The notes beneath the pieces were generated by a model. It was given only the letters and a program-made list of their open reading frames with translations. It made no database searches and was not told the origin of the DNA. A DNA stretch of 17,473 nucleotides from Candidatus Iainarchaeum sp. (lineage in GTDB: Archaea; Iainarchaeota; Iainarchaeia; Iainarchaeales; Iainarchaeaceae): the NCBI GenBank assembly GCA_038895675.1, contig JAWANB010000017.1:1-17473 (forward strand), read 5' to 3'. Below, one piece after another: positions 16,801-17,473 of this stretch. Every line of letters begins with the position of its first letter. The stretch's first letter is position 1. A program made the position numbers and the translations under genes.

Positions 16801-17265
16801 TCAGTCCTTTTCTGATTCAGAGTAGATCATTTCAGTGTCAATTTTTTTCCACTCGAGTATTTCAGAATCAGAAAAGAACCTCTTTATTTCTTTTTTTGCG
16901 GTTTCAACGCTGTCAGAAGCATGTATTATGGTGTTTTGTAAACTCAAAGAAAAGTCACCTCTTATAGTTCCAGGGTTTGCTTCCGTGCCTTCAGTGACTC
17001 CTGCCATTTTTCTTACTACTTCAACTACTTTTCTTCCTTCGAGAACCAATAATATGCTTGGAGCTTTTTTCATAAAATCTTTTATACTTTTGAAGAAAGG
17101 TTTTGCTACTAAGTGTGCATAATGCTCTTCAAGTACTTTGTCGTTCAAATGCACCATTTTTATTGCAACTATTTTCAAGCCTTTGCGTTCAAACCTGTGA
17201 ATGACTTCTCCAACAAGACCTCTGTTTATGGCATCTGGTTTTATTATTACTAAAGTTTTTTCCAT
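16801..17265 (-). CDS. ndk: Nucleoside diphosphate kinase
   Basis: EKTLVIIKPDA..RGLVGE, EHY.H..KPFF, PGTIRGDF and N.IHASDS (catalytic His). Confidence 0.98.
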   Translation of the reverse strand: MEKTLVIIKPDAINRGLVGEVIHRFERKGLKIVAIKMVHLNDKVLEEHYAHLVAKPFFKSIKDFMKKAPSILLVLEGRKVVEVVRKMAGVTEGTEANPGTIRGDFSLSLQNTIIHASDSVETAKKEIKRFFSDSEILEWKKIDTEMIYSESEKD

Positions 17266-17266
17266 G

Positions 17267-17473
17267 TCAATTAGCCCCTTTCTTTTCTTTTAATCTTGTT
17301 TTCTTTTCTCTTTCATAAGCCATAGTCCACTTTGTTTTTGAAGGCAATCTCTTGAGCTTGACTAAATTTTTTTCACTTTTCTTGTTTTTGAACCAATAAA
17401 TAGTTCCGTCTTTAAGCACGTACATTAAGCCTTTGCCTTTAGGTATTTCTTCTCCAGTGAAAGAGTCTTTTGG
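17267..17473 (-). CDS. rpl24e: 50S ribosomal protein L24e (eL24); start codon just outside the window; not in the ORF track
   Basis: Manual translation gives PKDSFTGEEIPKGKGLMYVLKDGTIYWFKNKKSEKNLVKLKRLPSKTKWTMAYEREKKTRLKEKKGAN*. This matches the SFxG..I..G.G.MYV..DG...F...K..KN...R.P....WT pattern and sits in the canonical position upstream of ndk. Confidence 0.92.
   Translation of the reverse strand, partial: PKDSFTGEEIPKGKGLMYVLKDGTIYWFKNKKSEKNLVKLKRLPSKTKWTMAYEREKKTRLKEKKGAN

Noticed and set aside
17359..17377. TGACTAAA half-site resembling the grpE operator
   Set aside because: It lies inside rpl24e coding sequence and lacks the second arm.
1..17473. CRISPR arrays, IS elements, integrases, inteins, tRNA/rRNA genes
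   Set aside because: No regularly spaced repeats, transposase or recombinase motifs, oversized insertions or cloverleafs were found, and intergenic regions are short.

Overview
This is a low-GC, gene-dense archaeal chromosomal window. The compact spacing, GGTGA-type ribosome-binding sites and gene set suggest a DPANN lineage, but that assignment is inference. The left end holds a grpE-dnaK-dnaJ heat-shock operon (minus strand) divergent from a winged-helix regulator, with a perfect 19-bp palindrome and a degenerate second copy between them. Next come an internally duplicated 4-TM protein, an APC permease, and a t6A tRNA-modification cluster (bud32, sua5, kae1) interleaved with a CPBP/CAAX-family membrane protein and an unknown anchored protein. 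The right half is the conserved archaeal translation/transcription superoperon on the minus strand: rpl24e-ndk-[dut]-infB-rps6e-eif2g-[gltX, DUF4389-like]-PIN-rpoE1-spt4-rps24e-rps27ae. No mobile elements, CRISPR arrays, tRNA or rRNA genes were seen. The best leads are (1) a candidate tandem heat-shock operator and its regulator, (2) a strand-specific G-U-containing hairpin at 10919-10974 that may be an independent ~60-nt RNA, (3) a completely cysteine-free eL24, and (4) rearrangements of the superoperon and t6A genes.
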